In this document: positions 51,404 to 64,000 of the stretch, in pieces
How the letters are laid out: each line of letters starts with the position of its first letter
Numbering within the stretch: position 1 is the first letter of the stretch
NCBI GenBank assembly: GCA_051294375.1
Contig: CM119270.1
Span: forward strand, 17,891,710 to 17,955,709
Direction: 5' to 3'
Source: Paraspadella gotoi
Lineage: Eukaryota > Animalia > Chaetognatha
Length of the DNA: 64,000 nucleotides
Program-made: the position numbers and the translations under genes
The notes under the pieces: generated by a model
Databases searched by the model: none
Seen by the model: only the letters and a program-made list of their open reading frames with translations
Told to the model about the DNA's origin: nothing

Positions 51404-51789
51404 TGCAATTCCACTTCCATTGCCTTCTCTCACGATTCCGTTTCACGTGATGCCACTAAAAGGCAACGAAGCTTTCGTCGCCTTCTTCCCTCTTCGTCTC
51501 TCACATTAAATCTACTCACATCTCATTTCGTTCCCCCATTTCGTACCTCACCCTCGGGCCCACAATCTAATTTCACATTTCATTACGTCTTTCCTCACAC
51601 TTTAACCGCGCGGTTTTATATCATTCACCCCTGAAATATCTATTTTTATTTCACCTCACATCGCATTTTCATTTCTATTTAATTTTATTTTTAATCTTAT
51701 CACACAGTATCTTCCATTTCTTTTCTTTTCAAAATTTTTTTTCTCTTATCTCTTATCTCACAAAACTTTCACCGAGTCCGTGATCGCGT

Positions 51790-52460
51790 TTTTCCGCGTT
51801 CGACTTTTCAATTAATATCACCAGTTTTTACCAGTAATGATTTCACCAACACGAGTTCACGATGTCTAACAACTCTGATGATATTAGTAAACTTTTTTTA
51901 AAAATAATATATTCATTTAACAATTAAGCTATTTTACCACGTGAAGCGGGGAATGGTTGACAATGGTCTCCATCTCACGTACAAGATAATAACATTATAA
52001 TGGTTGTGACAATTTCCGTGTCAGGACCAATCAACCGTTCAACAATATCCAACTTTATCTTTTCACTCCGAATAATCATCGTCTTTATCTTCACAATCTC
52101 TTCGAAAACATCCACCCCAACCCTATTTTCCACTTCGCCTCACACGATATATATTCGCTTCACCAAATCGCATCTCACGTTTTCATCCCATTTCACGGAT
52201 CGACTCAGTTTCTCTCGTCGAAACTGCGATTCACGATCGACGATCCTCGAAGCGTCGCCGAGTTTCAAACGACGTCTTGGCATTCACCCCCTCACACCCT
52301 CACCCCCTCACTCCCTCCTCCCCCCTTCCACACCCCTTCTCCTCCTTTCCCCACTTCCGCCCCCTTCTTCTTTGAAACTCATCCTCCCCCGGGGGAACGA
52401 TTCCGTTATCCCCGTGGGGATTCCTTTTTTCTCGTCTCCCGATTCGGTGACGGAGGAGTC
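51790..52460 (+). CDS. Possible coding segment with faint MAM-domain-like motifs
   Basis: Fragments STFQLISPVFTSNDFTNTSSRCL, LFYHVKRG and VFIPFHGSTQFLSSKLRFTIDD occur in MAM order (L.SP..C..F.YH..G ... F.I.F.G...IAIDD) but need an intron and a frameshift. The strand is G-poor, so open frames are weak evidence. Confidence 0.2.
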
Positions 52461-52989
52461 GGTCGGTCCGTTATGTCAGTCTGTCAGTCTGTCAGTCAAT
52501 CAAATGCATAATTTAAACGTGTTGAAATAAAGATTACGAAGTTCTATGGTTGAGTTTCATTTCCTTTCTGTCATTTATTTATGCCGAATAATGCGTAGAT
52601 GATTAATTGATTAATTAATAAGTAGACGAGATTCTTCGATCGTTCGATTTATTTTTCTTCCGTCGAAATCGTTTCTTCTTTACTGTTTTCGGGTCAAGAG
52701 GTCAAGAGGTCCAGAGGTTCGGAGGTTTAAAGGTCAAGAGGTCAAGAGGTCAAGCGATCGAAGGATCAATGGGTCAACTTTTATTGTCTTGAATCGCTTT
52801 TTACTTTTTGGTAATTAAATAAAAATCTTTAAAAAAATAAAAGAAACGGAACAGCGAGTGATCATCATTCGTACTCGAACCCCGGTCGTTTCCGTCACAA
52901 CTCAGGCGATGTCTATCCTCAATTTTGCGCTAATCCAAACTCTCTTCTCTCCTCTCCTTCTCTTCTCTTCTCTCTCTCTCTTCCTCTCT

Positions 52990-53032
<43 letters not shown>

Positions 53033-53902
53033 TCTCTCTCTCTCCTCTCTCTCTTCTCGTCCCTCATTCACTCGCGATTTGTGTTTCCGTCGTCGCCTCT
53101 CCCTCCTTCCCCTCCCTCCCCGCCTCTCACACTCTCTCCTCTCTCCCTCTCCCCCTCCCTCCCTCACCTCTCCCACTCCCTTCCTCCCCCCCCGCCCTTC
53201 CACTCTCGATTCCCTTCCCCGGTTTTTCATTTCCAACCGGGGATCCCCTCACTCAATTTTTTCCAACCGGGGATCACCTCACTCATTTCTCCAACAACAT
53301 CGATCATATTTTCCGCGATTATTATTTGACGTCGTCCAGTCGTCGTCGTCGTCGTGTCTCGTTACATCAATCAGTCGGTTCGTCGTCGTCGTCGTTGTCG
53401 GGTCCACATTTAAATCTCTTCCACCGTGAAGCTCGTTAACATCAGAAGCGTCATCGTCGTCATCATCATTCATCATCATCATCATCATCATCATTCATCA
53501 TCTATCATCCTTATTATCCTTAATCTTAATCCTCGAGTTCGTCACGGTCTTTTATTATCACTCTTAATTATTCATGATTGACGTCTGCAACATCGTCTTA
53601 TCATAACCATCATCATCATCAATCTCTTCAACACAAACTGAAAACACATCAACTTTCCTCTTTTCCTTTCAACAGAAGTCAAGCTTCGCATCATCCTCAT
53701 TAAGCTACTTTGGTCTCGTGACGTCCTTTCGCGGTCGTCGCGTCGCGTCAGTCGTCAGTCGTCGCGCGTCCGTCATCGCGATCCAGACACCGGGCTTTTT
53801 TCCCCTTCTCTCTTCCTGGCTTCATCCCGTGATACCTAATTTCATCCAGAGTGCAGAAGTAACTGATGCCGAGTGAACGCGCTCTCTCTCTCTCTCTCCT
53901 CT

Positions 53903-53972
<70 letters not shown>

Positions 53973-54040
53973 TCTTCTTTCTCTTTGTCTTTTTCTCACC
54001 TCTTTCTTTCGCCCTCTCTCTCTCTCTCTCTCTCTCTTTT

Positions 54041-54101
<61 letters not shown>

Positions 54102-57100
54102 CTCTCTCCGTTTCTCTTGTTCTCCAATTTTCATCAGTTTTGCATCAAATTTCAAATTCTTTGCCTTCGTTTTTTTTTCATTTTCTTTCGATTCGAAGAA
54201 AATCAGAAGAAAAGAAGAAAAGAAGAAAAGATGATGATGAATTTTCAAAACCTTTTTTAATTGTTTTAGATGATGATGATGATGATTCTGATGATGATGA
54301 TTCTGATGATGATGATGATGATGATGATGANNNNNNNNNNNNNNNNNNNNNNNNNACACCAGGGAGCTCCAGAACGAGCAAACGAGCAAGAGAGAGACGA
54401 GGACGGGGCCGAGACGAGAGACAGAGAGGCAGGACGCCCACTATAACACAGGGGCGCATGTGTATTTACCCACATCTTTCTTAATCTTTGTGACGTGCAA
54501 ACAAAGGAGTTCTAAGACAAATAACGGTGGGGGCCATTACCCAAGGCAGAGGTAACCGGCTGACGTTCCATGAAGGCATATTCCGATAGGACAAGTTGCC
54601 TCCGCACTCTTTACGTTTATTACTACACATAGTCATCGGCTCATTATTGACGTACTGGTCTTCGATGATTCGTTGTCGTAATCTGTTTCATCTGAAAGGA
54701 AGTACCCAATACCAACATACCCAAATGGCCAAATACCACAACTTCCAAATACCCAAATACCAATACCCCCAAATACCCAAATACTCAACATACCTTACGT
54801 CTTAACTTTGAATCATACAATTATACCATTTCTTTTTCGGGGACCACAGAGACCCGACAAGTATTCGTTTTCTAATCCGTCGGAAAGAAAAAAAACGAAA
54901 GAAGCAACGCGTGATATGCTATTAATTACCAACATCTGTACAAAATTACCACATGAAACAAAAAAGAAAATAAAACTGAAATTGCGAGCGCCAATCTGCG
55001 TTGCCGCGAAGGGAAAAAGCACTGATCGATCCTGGTGTTTGTGTTGTGGCTCTTGTTTTTATTTGCTTCTCGCCTTTGGTATTTTTATATTTTGGTATTC
55101 GTTCGCATGCGTTTGTCTGGATAACAAGAGAGAGAGTCAGAAAATCCGACAATATCAAATAAGATTTTTTTTTAAATAAAATCTATTGTCTTACAATGCG
55201 ATTTTAATGGTCTTCCATTGGGTGGCGTGGAGAGACTGGTAAGAAGACTGATTAAGTTGTATTTTTATCTAAAAAATAAAACCATTGTTTTTAGGTTTAT
55301 AGTTTAGCACTGATAATATCAGTGCAGAGGCTCTGAAGGTTGGTATAAGAAGGATGAACTTTCAAATAAGTCAAGGTTTGGCTCACTTCCTTTTGGTTTA
55401 CCACCATGAAATACACGTAAAACGGAACGTTTTTTATAAAAACCACCTATCGTTTTTTTCCTTTTTTTTTCGATATAATCAATCTTGTTTAAAATCGAAA
55501 AAATAAAAAAAATTCGCTTTTTATCCCCACTAAGAACCCTTACTACCAAGGCAAATGATTCTTTGTTCGTTATTATTTGATTTTTTGAAAATATCATATT
55601 ATTCCAATCTTTATCATCTTTATTTCTACTTCTACTACACTATTTTTCAATCATGCACCGCAGCTTCTTCGGTCCTTATGATCAAGCTGTATGACGAGGA
55701 TCGACGAGAACTATTTAAAAAAAAAAATCGGCTAAGCAAAATGTCACGCTGAGCGCAGATCAAAACGAGACTTTTTTGGGAAGACATTTTTGTTAGTTAC
55801 GCAGCCAAGCGAACCCAGTGCCACCAGCCGAATATCGTATAAAGGAAAATCAAAAAAAGGACAAAAAGCCGCGATCTATCCACTTTTCCTGTACGGAACA
55901 GACACGCGCGGCTTCTCCTCGGGAGAAAACAACGAGGAACATCGGATTCGTCAAATCGTTAACTCGAGACTTGTTTATCGTATTACATGTAGCGGAAATT
56001 AGTATGTTTTTTTTTTCGATATTATTTCGTTATTATCGTGATAAATACTTAAATTGTCACATTAGACCTCAAACCTAAAAAAAATCATCAGAAAAAAATG
56101 AAAACCTAACGAAAAATACTTTAAGCTCATTATTATTCTCTCACTTTCCAAAATCACGTGATTGATTTTATTCACTGCGTTCACACTTCATATCTTTCCG
56201 GACACCGATTGAGTCCGCGACATGTTCAACAATAATTCTCCATCTGCGCCCAGCGCAATGAATCCACAGAGAAAAACCTACGAAAGAAAAAAGTTAAGTA
56301 GAAAGAAAAAGCTGAATTAACTCAACAAGGCTTTTTGCTAGAATACAGCTCGTTCGTAAATTGAGTGTGAAAAATTCAATGTGAAAAAATAATAGTAAAT
56401 ATTAATAATATACATGAAGGGAAAAAAATGGTAACCGAATACCAAATGGTATATATACACCTATTCGTCTATATATTTATCCATTCAAACTGCAAAAAAG
56501 GCAGTAAAATGTGTGTGAGACAAAAAAAAAAGCAAACACCTCACCATGTGAGCGATTCCTCTCTTTTTTGCTTGAAATGAAGTAAACACAAAATAAAGAA
56601 CCCGCAAATATATATAAAGACGAGATGCGTGCGAAACAAATACCTGGTGTGCGTGTGATTGTGGCGTCGAATGTGCCAGCGCTGCTTGTGAGAGCGTGGC
56701 CTCAGCGTGACCGTCGCCCTCACGAATTCCTTTCGTTTCAATTCCACTCTTTTTTTCCTCGTTTTTTTTTTGTGTGTGTATGAGTTTCTTTTTTTTATCT
56801 CCATACTCTGTATCTTTTTCTAAACTCTGTGACTATTATGAACTTCTTGGTATAGATCTGCTCTCTCTTCCTCAGGTTTTTTTTTCTCTTGTTGTTTCGC
56901 TTTTGACCTTTTTGTTTTGTTATTTTCAAATCGCGACAACAGGGCCGGAACAAAGGGGCGAGCTTAATGTGCAGGCTTACGTTTCCTATTTTTCCATCTC
57001 GACTTCGGTCCAAAATTTTTTTGTTTTCGGCTTCCTTTTTTTTTCTCAAACCTGCGATCGACTCTCTGATTCGGACTTAACGGCGGCAACTGTTCGCAAA

Positions 57101-60100
57101 AACACATACTGACAAACTCTTCCCGGTTACGCACACTCATATACACCATATTCAGAAACTTTGAAATGACTCTTACTTTCCTCGTCTCTCATTTAGAAAC
57201 TTTGGTCTCTCTTCATAAAAAACCGCGTTTGCAGGATCGACGCTCACAAAGTCGATATCTCAGCGGAGACCACAAACTAAAAAAAGAATATCCCATCGGT
57301 GGATACTAACAGTTTTTCCTCTTGTTAAAACCTTCCACTCTCTCTATTTTCTTTTTATTATTAGAAAATAAAAAACTGAAGTTAAATCGCGTTTACTAAA
57401 TCTACTCAATCTTCTAGTTTCTAAATATATGTATATATATATATACGCAGATATAATGTTACAGTCAGAGAGTGAGAGGGAGCCGTTTTTTTCCCTCCCA
57501 CTAAACATCAAAAATAAAAAAAACAGTTTGAGCGGCTCAAACGGGAAGGCGAAAAGAGCTCCTCTAGTGGACATCCAACAAAATAACGTGTTCGGACGAA
57601 ATTCTAAAGGGGAAAAAAGGGCCAACGAAAAAGGGGGGGAACTTTTAGTCTAGTTTTATTTTAAGGGCCGCACATACTTATAACTTTTCCGCGTTAGTCT
57701 TTATATCAATTATGATATATTGTCGTGAGTAGAAAAACAAGAACGCACCAGGAGATGAAAATATGATGGCGAGGACTGCGTCATAAAAAAAACCATTCCT
57801 TTTAGAAAAAAGATATTTTCGAAAAAAAATTAAGGAAATTTGGATTTTGGGTTTTTTCCCATTTTTTTAATTAAAAAGAATTTAAAAAAGGGTTTTGGAA
57901 TCGCCATGTTATGTATTAGCCTAATCGTACTTGGAAATGAAAACAGGGGGGAAAGGAGTATTTGTTATAAACTCCCGCGATTGCCTCATCGTCCTTTTAA
58001 ACATTCTTTGATAATTTTACAAACAATCTCTCTCAGACTAATCATTCTTCTATTCATCACTCGTGACACGTTTTCAAATTATCATTCTTAGACTTATAAG
58101 TTATAAAATACACCTCCCATATTGTGTTACGAAACAAATAAACCTATTAAGCATCCCTTAAGTTAAGTAGATGAGACGACGCTATCGAATCTCACTGGTG
58201 CTCCACAAGGATTGTGTTTTTTTGATTTTATTTTTTAATTTTTATATTAACCATATAGAAAATATGTTAACAAATATTTGAAAATACAAAAAAACTACAT
58301 TATAAAAATCCCTTGGCGTTACCCTGTACCTAGTCTCTTTTTCTTTCTTTCCCGAGATGAAATTCTCCTTAACCCAACCCAGGGGCATCTTCCTTTTTTT
58401 TTATTCAGGTACGTATTCTGGATTGAACTCAGGCACATATAAAGATGTAAGCGAATCTAGGTATAGGCGACAACACTTTGGCCAAGTGTAAAACTAAACT
58501 CATGGTAATACTGAAAGATAAAAAAATAGATAACTAATCGGAAAATTTTGAACAATAACTGACAAGTCAAGAAAAGGCTGCAGTAAAGGAATGACTACAG
58601 CTCCATACAATTGCTTTTATTATTTCTAATCCCGAGTTAAAAAAGTTCTTTTACATACCTTTTTTTTGGAAAAGAAGAACTTATTAACTCGGACGCAACT
58701 TTTATTTTAAGCATAATTAAGCTCTTATTTAATCCATTATAGTGCTATTCTTTATGTTTTTGGGGCAAGTCGCGGAAAGGTTCTGCAACTGTACGGTATC
58801 CGACTACTAACTGCAATTGTTGAAGCAGCAATACAATATACTAGTGTATGAGAATAACATTACTGGTGAATTTATTTTCTTTCTCAACAACTGATTAGGT
58901 GCCGCGAACATACTGGGAAATCCAGAGAAAGCAGGTCATGACCGAATCTCTCTCTTTTTTTTTATTATTATTATTCTTCTGACAGAAATGTCAAGAATTT
59001 TGTTTCATCTGGATTTTTTTGGTTTTTCGAAAAAAAACTTGAGGAAAACTATTTTATCGGGTTTAAAACTTTCTACGCCCTACTACATTATTGACACGAG
59101 ATTACTAAAAAAAATCTAACAAATATTAGAAAACAAAAAGAAACATTAATTTAGTTTTTTTGCAAAAAATCTGACAAATGGAATCGCGACTAGTAAGAGT
59201 TCACTGGTTTTGCAGCGATCGCTTCCAAAAAGACAATGCTGCAAATTTTGAACAATAATCTTCGAGCATTTTTTTTTCCTTTTTGGACGAAAAAAAACTA
59301 AGAAAACCTTAAAGTACCGAATGAGAGAGAGAGAGAGAGTCACGTGCAGAGGGAACAAAAAAAATAGTAAATTCTGTGAAAAAAAAAAGAAAATAAAAGA
59401 AACATAGATATTCCAAGCTTTGAAAAACCAATCAGGCGACGACACTCGTACATTTAGTTTTTTTGTTTGTTTTTTTTTGATGGGATATTTCTTTGTTTGT
59501 TCTTTTTATTTTTTGCTCTTTTTTTATGTCTTATCTTTACAACGTTCGTATTTTTTTTTTAAACATCAACGCGTTAGATTATTTACACGAGAAAAACAAT
59601 TTTCTTCAGTGTTTCAGGGATTGTGTGGTTTAGTTTTTTTTTTTTTTAAAGATACAATGATGAAAGTCAACACGTTGCTGAACATATCTTGGACGTAAAA
59701 CAAAATTAACACAGATGATTTTTCCCTCTAACGGGTGTGAATAAGTCCATGAGACTTTGGAGACAAAGCTTTTACAAAACAAGCGCTTCCAAATTATTAG
59801 TAAAAAACTATGGATCCCCGTCTTTTTTTTCATTTTTTTGAATCGATGGTGGAAACTAAAGAGTTAGATTTTGAAGTCAACTAAGAAAATTATACAGACT
59901 TATGAAAAGCTGTTTTTTCCGTTTTGGCCACTGAAATGTTTCTGTACGTGATCAAAGAAAACTCGTTTTGTTATTTTGCAAGATACCAAAAAAAAGGGGG
60001 GTAAATAAACGACATTAGTTAAAAGTTACTTCTGAAAAAAGAGAAAATACATCTGAACAAAAAACAATGTACATATATGTTTTTCGGGATCCATTCGTTA

Positions 60101-62110
60101 AATCTTGTATCTGTTTCAAATAACCGAGATGGGTTAATGCACTTTTACTCGGATATCCAGCGTATATGCAGGCGTCACGTTTTTTTGTTTTTTTTTTTAG
60201 TCTCGTCTCCACCCTTCTTGAAACCCAGAAAATTTCCTACATCTACAAACTCTAACAGTTGATATATACAAAACTCATCTAAATTAAAAAAATACTACTG
60301 TGCAAGAGCTAGCCAAAATCAAAGAAGCAGCTCCTTCGACTCACTGCGAGAAACAAGCTGCAGGTCGCACAATTTCATTTATACATATTAATTTACTTTG
60401 ACGTAACAATTTCAAGACCATATGTTGTATTGGAGAAGAAATGGGAACTGAAACGAATTAGTAAAACACCGAAAAAATTCTAAGGACAATTGAATACTGC
60501 CGTCCGGCAACGAAATTATCTCTAATGGGCATTTTTTTTTTTTAAATAAAAATGATTCATGGAATGCGTGTAAGGAACATAAAATGCAGTTAAAAGGTGT
60601 TTATCAAATGCTATCTCATGGATTGAGGCTAACGTGGAATTAGGTGACCGTTCTTGTCGTGAAAGAAACATTCGGCTCCGAAAAACCCCGGAGAAGGGCG
60701 CGACGAAGCGACATAAATAGGCAAACAAAAAAAAAAATTTAAAAGGAAAACAAATGAAACATTCGGAGGTCGGAGTCCGAGCTCGTTCGGAAATCGACAG
60801 TCCACGAACTCCGATTCAAAAAAACGACGACCGCTGAAAAAAGTCGTTTCTTATGCACAATTACAATCGCGATCAATCTTTCACAGACTCTAATGAATGT
60901 TGTGAACTTAGTTACAAAATAACTATGACGGAGACTACTTTGTTTTTTTTTGTTTTTTTGTTTATTTTTTCCTTTAGATTCTTAATTCGGGAGGGAGAGA
61001 ATGTTTACAGGATAAAGGAAAACATTCTCGGTTTCAGATTTTGGTTTATTTTTTTCCTAATGATATCTACTTTTGTTATGTTTTTGTTTTTTTCTGTTAA
61101 GAATGAATTCCGTGACAACGATATCTACAAATGAAAGGTCATTACTTGTTTCGTTTTTAAAAGCAGGAAAAAGGCAATGATTCGAGTTTGGATATTTTTT
61201 TGCGATCGACAAACTCCGTGGTCGATTGTTTTTTTGTTTTTGGTTTTTTTTCTTTCACTCGCTTCACTTAAAATATGGCCAATATATTAGTTTTCTAAAC
61301 TACTTTACTAACTTCGTAGCCCAAAGTTAGGATTCAGCTTCAATGATAGTTTTTCTAACGGCTTTCCCACTTTAGGAATAATGATTAAAATTCACTCACC
61401 AATTTAAACTAATCCTTTCCATCAGCCAAGTTACGAAGAAAGTTCCGTAACAATACAATTAAAAGAACTTAAATCGTTTTAAGTTGATGAGAAATACTTA
61501 TGAGTTCAATGTAATATACAAAGTGAACATCGTAACTAAATTGACTGCAGATAATTGTAACTTATACTCTAACTACAGACATTCGCTGAAAAACTTTTAA
61601 ATGAAAACATTTTTTTGCCTTAAATTAATTTAAAATTTAAATTTATAGTATGTTGTTTTTTTCAGGGTTGTCGAGAGAAAAAAAAGAACAGAATGTAATC
61701 GCCGAAGTTAAAACATCTTGGCTTTCGATTACGATTACAATATCTTTAACAATGTACTTAAAAATAAGCTTTAAGCAATAGTAATAATTCAGCTATGCGG
61801 GAATGAATTAGTCCTTATAGAATGATTTATCTAACTTTGGGGATTGCGAAATATGTCTTCATGCTATAATGGCAACTGATTGTATTTTTCAAAAAAAGTA
61901 TTGCTTCTTATGCAAGAACAAGTTTTTTTTCCTCTTTTTACTTAAAATGTGGCTAATAATTAAAACGATAGGTACTAAGGCGCAACAAGCAAACTAATAG
62001 CTGACACCGGCTACGCTGATTTTTACATTAAACTTTGTATCCTGCACCAACTGAGCTCAACACATTTTTTTCTTTGGTCGGTTTTAAATCAAACGGTTAT
62101 AATGGCATAC

Positions 62111-63602
62111 TTGGTGATGATGATTTTTGTTGTTGTTGTGTTTGTTGTGATGTTGGTAGCTCTTGTTGTTTCCTTTTTATATCCGTCCATGTAGTTTCAA
62201 TCACGGTCTCTCCGAGAAAAGCATTGGAAAAGATTTTAAAAATACTCACTCACTCCTATTGCTGTTGTTGTGTATCCTCCGCGGCGTTTCGGAACTCGAG
62301 AAAAAATTTTAAAAAAACGTCCGCGAGGAGAGATGTAACATTTTTTTTTTTTGTTAACAAGAAAGGATATTTATAAATTATTATAACTATTCACGTTCCA
62401 TTTTGGGAAGATGGAGAAATTTTTTTGGTCAGCCTCTGCTTTTTTGAATCTGCGTCCAAACACTTCTTCAGTGAAGGTCAACCCTTTGTTGGGAGAGAGG
62501 GGGAATGGAGAAAGATTTTCATTATACATTTTTTTATAGTTACGAATAATGCGAAATATATTTTAAAACAAAAAACGTGCATTGTACCTTGCTTAAACCT
62601 CTCCAAGCCATTGCGACTTATCATTAATCTGTAATCTGTAGTAAAGGTTTTGTGAATTGTTTTTCAACTGAAAAGAAGAGAAAAAGAGAAAAAGAAAAAA
62701 AAAAATATTTTAAATTGGTGACTCGTTTCAACCTTGAGTTTTAGCGTTTTTCCTTAACGAGATTTATAGGTGAAATACTTCTAGAAAATAACAATTATAA
62801 ACAAAAAAATTTGATTTGGTTTTCTGCTTGACTGCCTACAACTGCAATCTTCATGCAATGAATAAAAGGTAAGGTCGACCATGCAACATTACCACAAATT
62901 TACTTACCTAGGAGATCTTGGGGTACCTATAAAGACGGATGTGGTTAAGGAAGGAAAAATGAAAGTAGAAAAATATTGAAGTGAAGTTTAATGAGCCTAA
63001 ACTACCTGTTATTTAACTTTCAACAAAAAGTAATATGTCAGATTGAAAAACAAAAATCTCGTGTGTTTAGTTAAACGTAAATTTTAAAAACTTTTGCCAC
63101 AAATACAAAGAATAAACACTGGCCAATGTCCTTGGCATTTGATTTTTAAAATAATATTTTGTTCATCATCGTTTTTTTTAAATATTTAATTCCTTATCAA
63201 TTAATTAGCTTACAAAAATAAAGTCATTAGCATAGCATCACTTTCATGATTCATTGACTTTCCGTATTCTTTATCTCTTGAACGTCTAGATTAGTCCGTG
63301 AAATACTAACGCAACGTCTAATGATTGCTTGTGAAAGAAACAACTATGCTAAAGTTAACAAATCTATAATCATTGCCATTGAAAACTTATATGTTTAGAT
63401 CATCAAATAAAGAGACACTACAATAAACATTAAATTTTTGAAACGTCTCTCTCTTCTCTCTCTCCTCTCACTCTTGGGTCTCTTGTGAGTGTTCCCCGGC
63501 CGTGAGAAAGACAAGGTAAGATGAGGAGGATCACGATGCCGACAAGTCCGACCAAGAAGAGGAAAATGAGGAAGTTCTCTTGCGGTCGAATCAGGCAAAC
63601 CA
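62111..63602 (-). CDS. Phase-compatible exon chain (63602-63472, 62926-62908, 62294-62254, 62207-62111) of an unidentified signal/TM-bearing protein
   Basis: Joined: VCLIRPQENFLIFLFLVGLVGIVILLILPCLSHGRGTLTRDPR|VPQDLL|VPKRRGGYTTTAIG|TVIETTWTDIKRKQQELPTSQQTQQQQKSSSP. All introns GT-AG with matching phases (0,1,0); the last intron is only 46 nt with a weak acceptor. Confidence 0.28.
62908..62926 (-). CDS. 19-nt microexon GTACCCCAAGATCTCCTAG
   Basis: Preceded by a long pyrimidine tract with branch-like cttaac (tttttctactttcatttttccttccttaaccacatccgtctttatAG) and followed by a perfect donor AG|GTAAGT. Confidence 0.5.
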
Positions 63603-64000
63603 CTTGTGGTTAAGGGGAGAGGTGTTTAAGGGTGGGGTGGTTATGGGGTAAATTAAAAAAAGTAGTGGGGAAAAAGGATGGAGTCAACCCAAGCAATCGC
63701 ATTCGTCTCTTTGATTCGTTAAATATTTTTGGACACAAGTTATATTTTTCAGTTTGACAATTTGGATAACTCGTGTTCTTCAAATTTCTGAAATGTAGTA
63801 CCAATAAGAATTTAAATTCTAAATGATTAATTCTTGTGTTTAATTTACAACCTACATTATCTGATTAATTATTACGTTTTCTGAGGTGAACAAATAACAT
63901 CCAGAGTATTGGCACTTAGTACGCATAGTATACTCCTGCAACAGAAATTGAGTCTCATAAAATGAGCTTGATGATATTAGAAACTAACAACTTAACAAAT

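Noticed and set aside
51930-52470. Minus-strand frame interrupted only by TGA codons (selenoprotein or recoding?)
   Set aside because: The strand is G/A-rich so TGA is the expected stop; the peptide matches nothing I recognise and no SECIS is evident.
62901-62911. tacttacct resembling the U1 snRNA 5' end
   Set aside because: The rest of U1 is absent; it is the reverse complement of the microexon donor site.

Overview
Gappy, microsatellite-rich animal draft-genome scaffold with spliceosomal introns and no prokaryotic features, rRNA, tRNA or CRISPR arrays. Much of it looks gap-filled with unpolished long reads: eight gaps of exactly 25 N, noisy re-copies of neighbouring sequence, and two segments where A is systematically written as C. 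The only gene I recognise with confidence is a compact two-exon ephrin (Eph-receptor ligand) on the minus strand. The ORF track misses it because of many single-base indels, and it occurs twice (2997-4265, 7795-9063) inside a base-identical 4798-bp tandem duplication that is probably an assembly artefact. Weaker coding candidates: a membrane-protein exon whose splice donor is amplified as a 44-bp tandem array (possible repeat-born intron), a ZP-protein-like C-terminus, a 93/105-bp repeat ORF, a faint MAM-like segment, and a phase-compatible exon chain with a 19-nt microexon near the right end. Two MITE-like elements and an RFX X-box are also visible. Sequence character changes abruptly after the 25-N gap ending at 54355. 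I do not see a well-supported new biological system; most striking oddities are best explained as assembly or sequencing artefacts.
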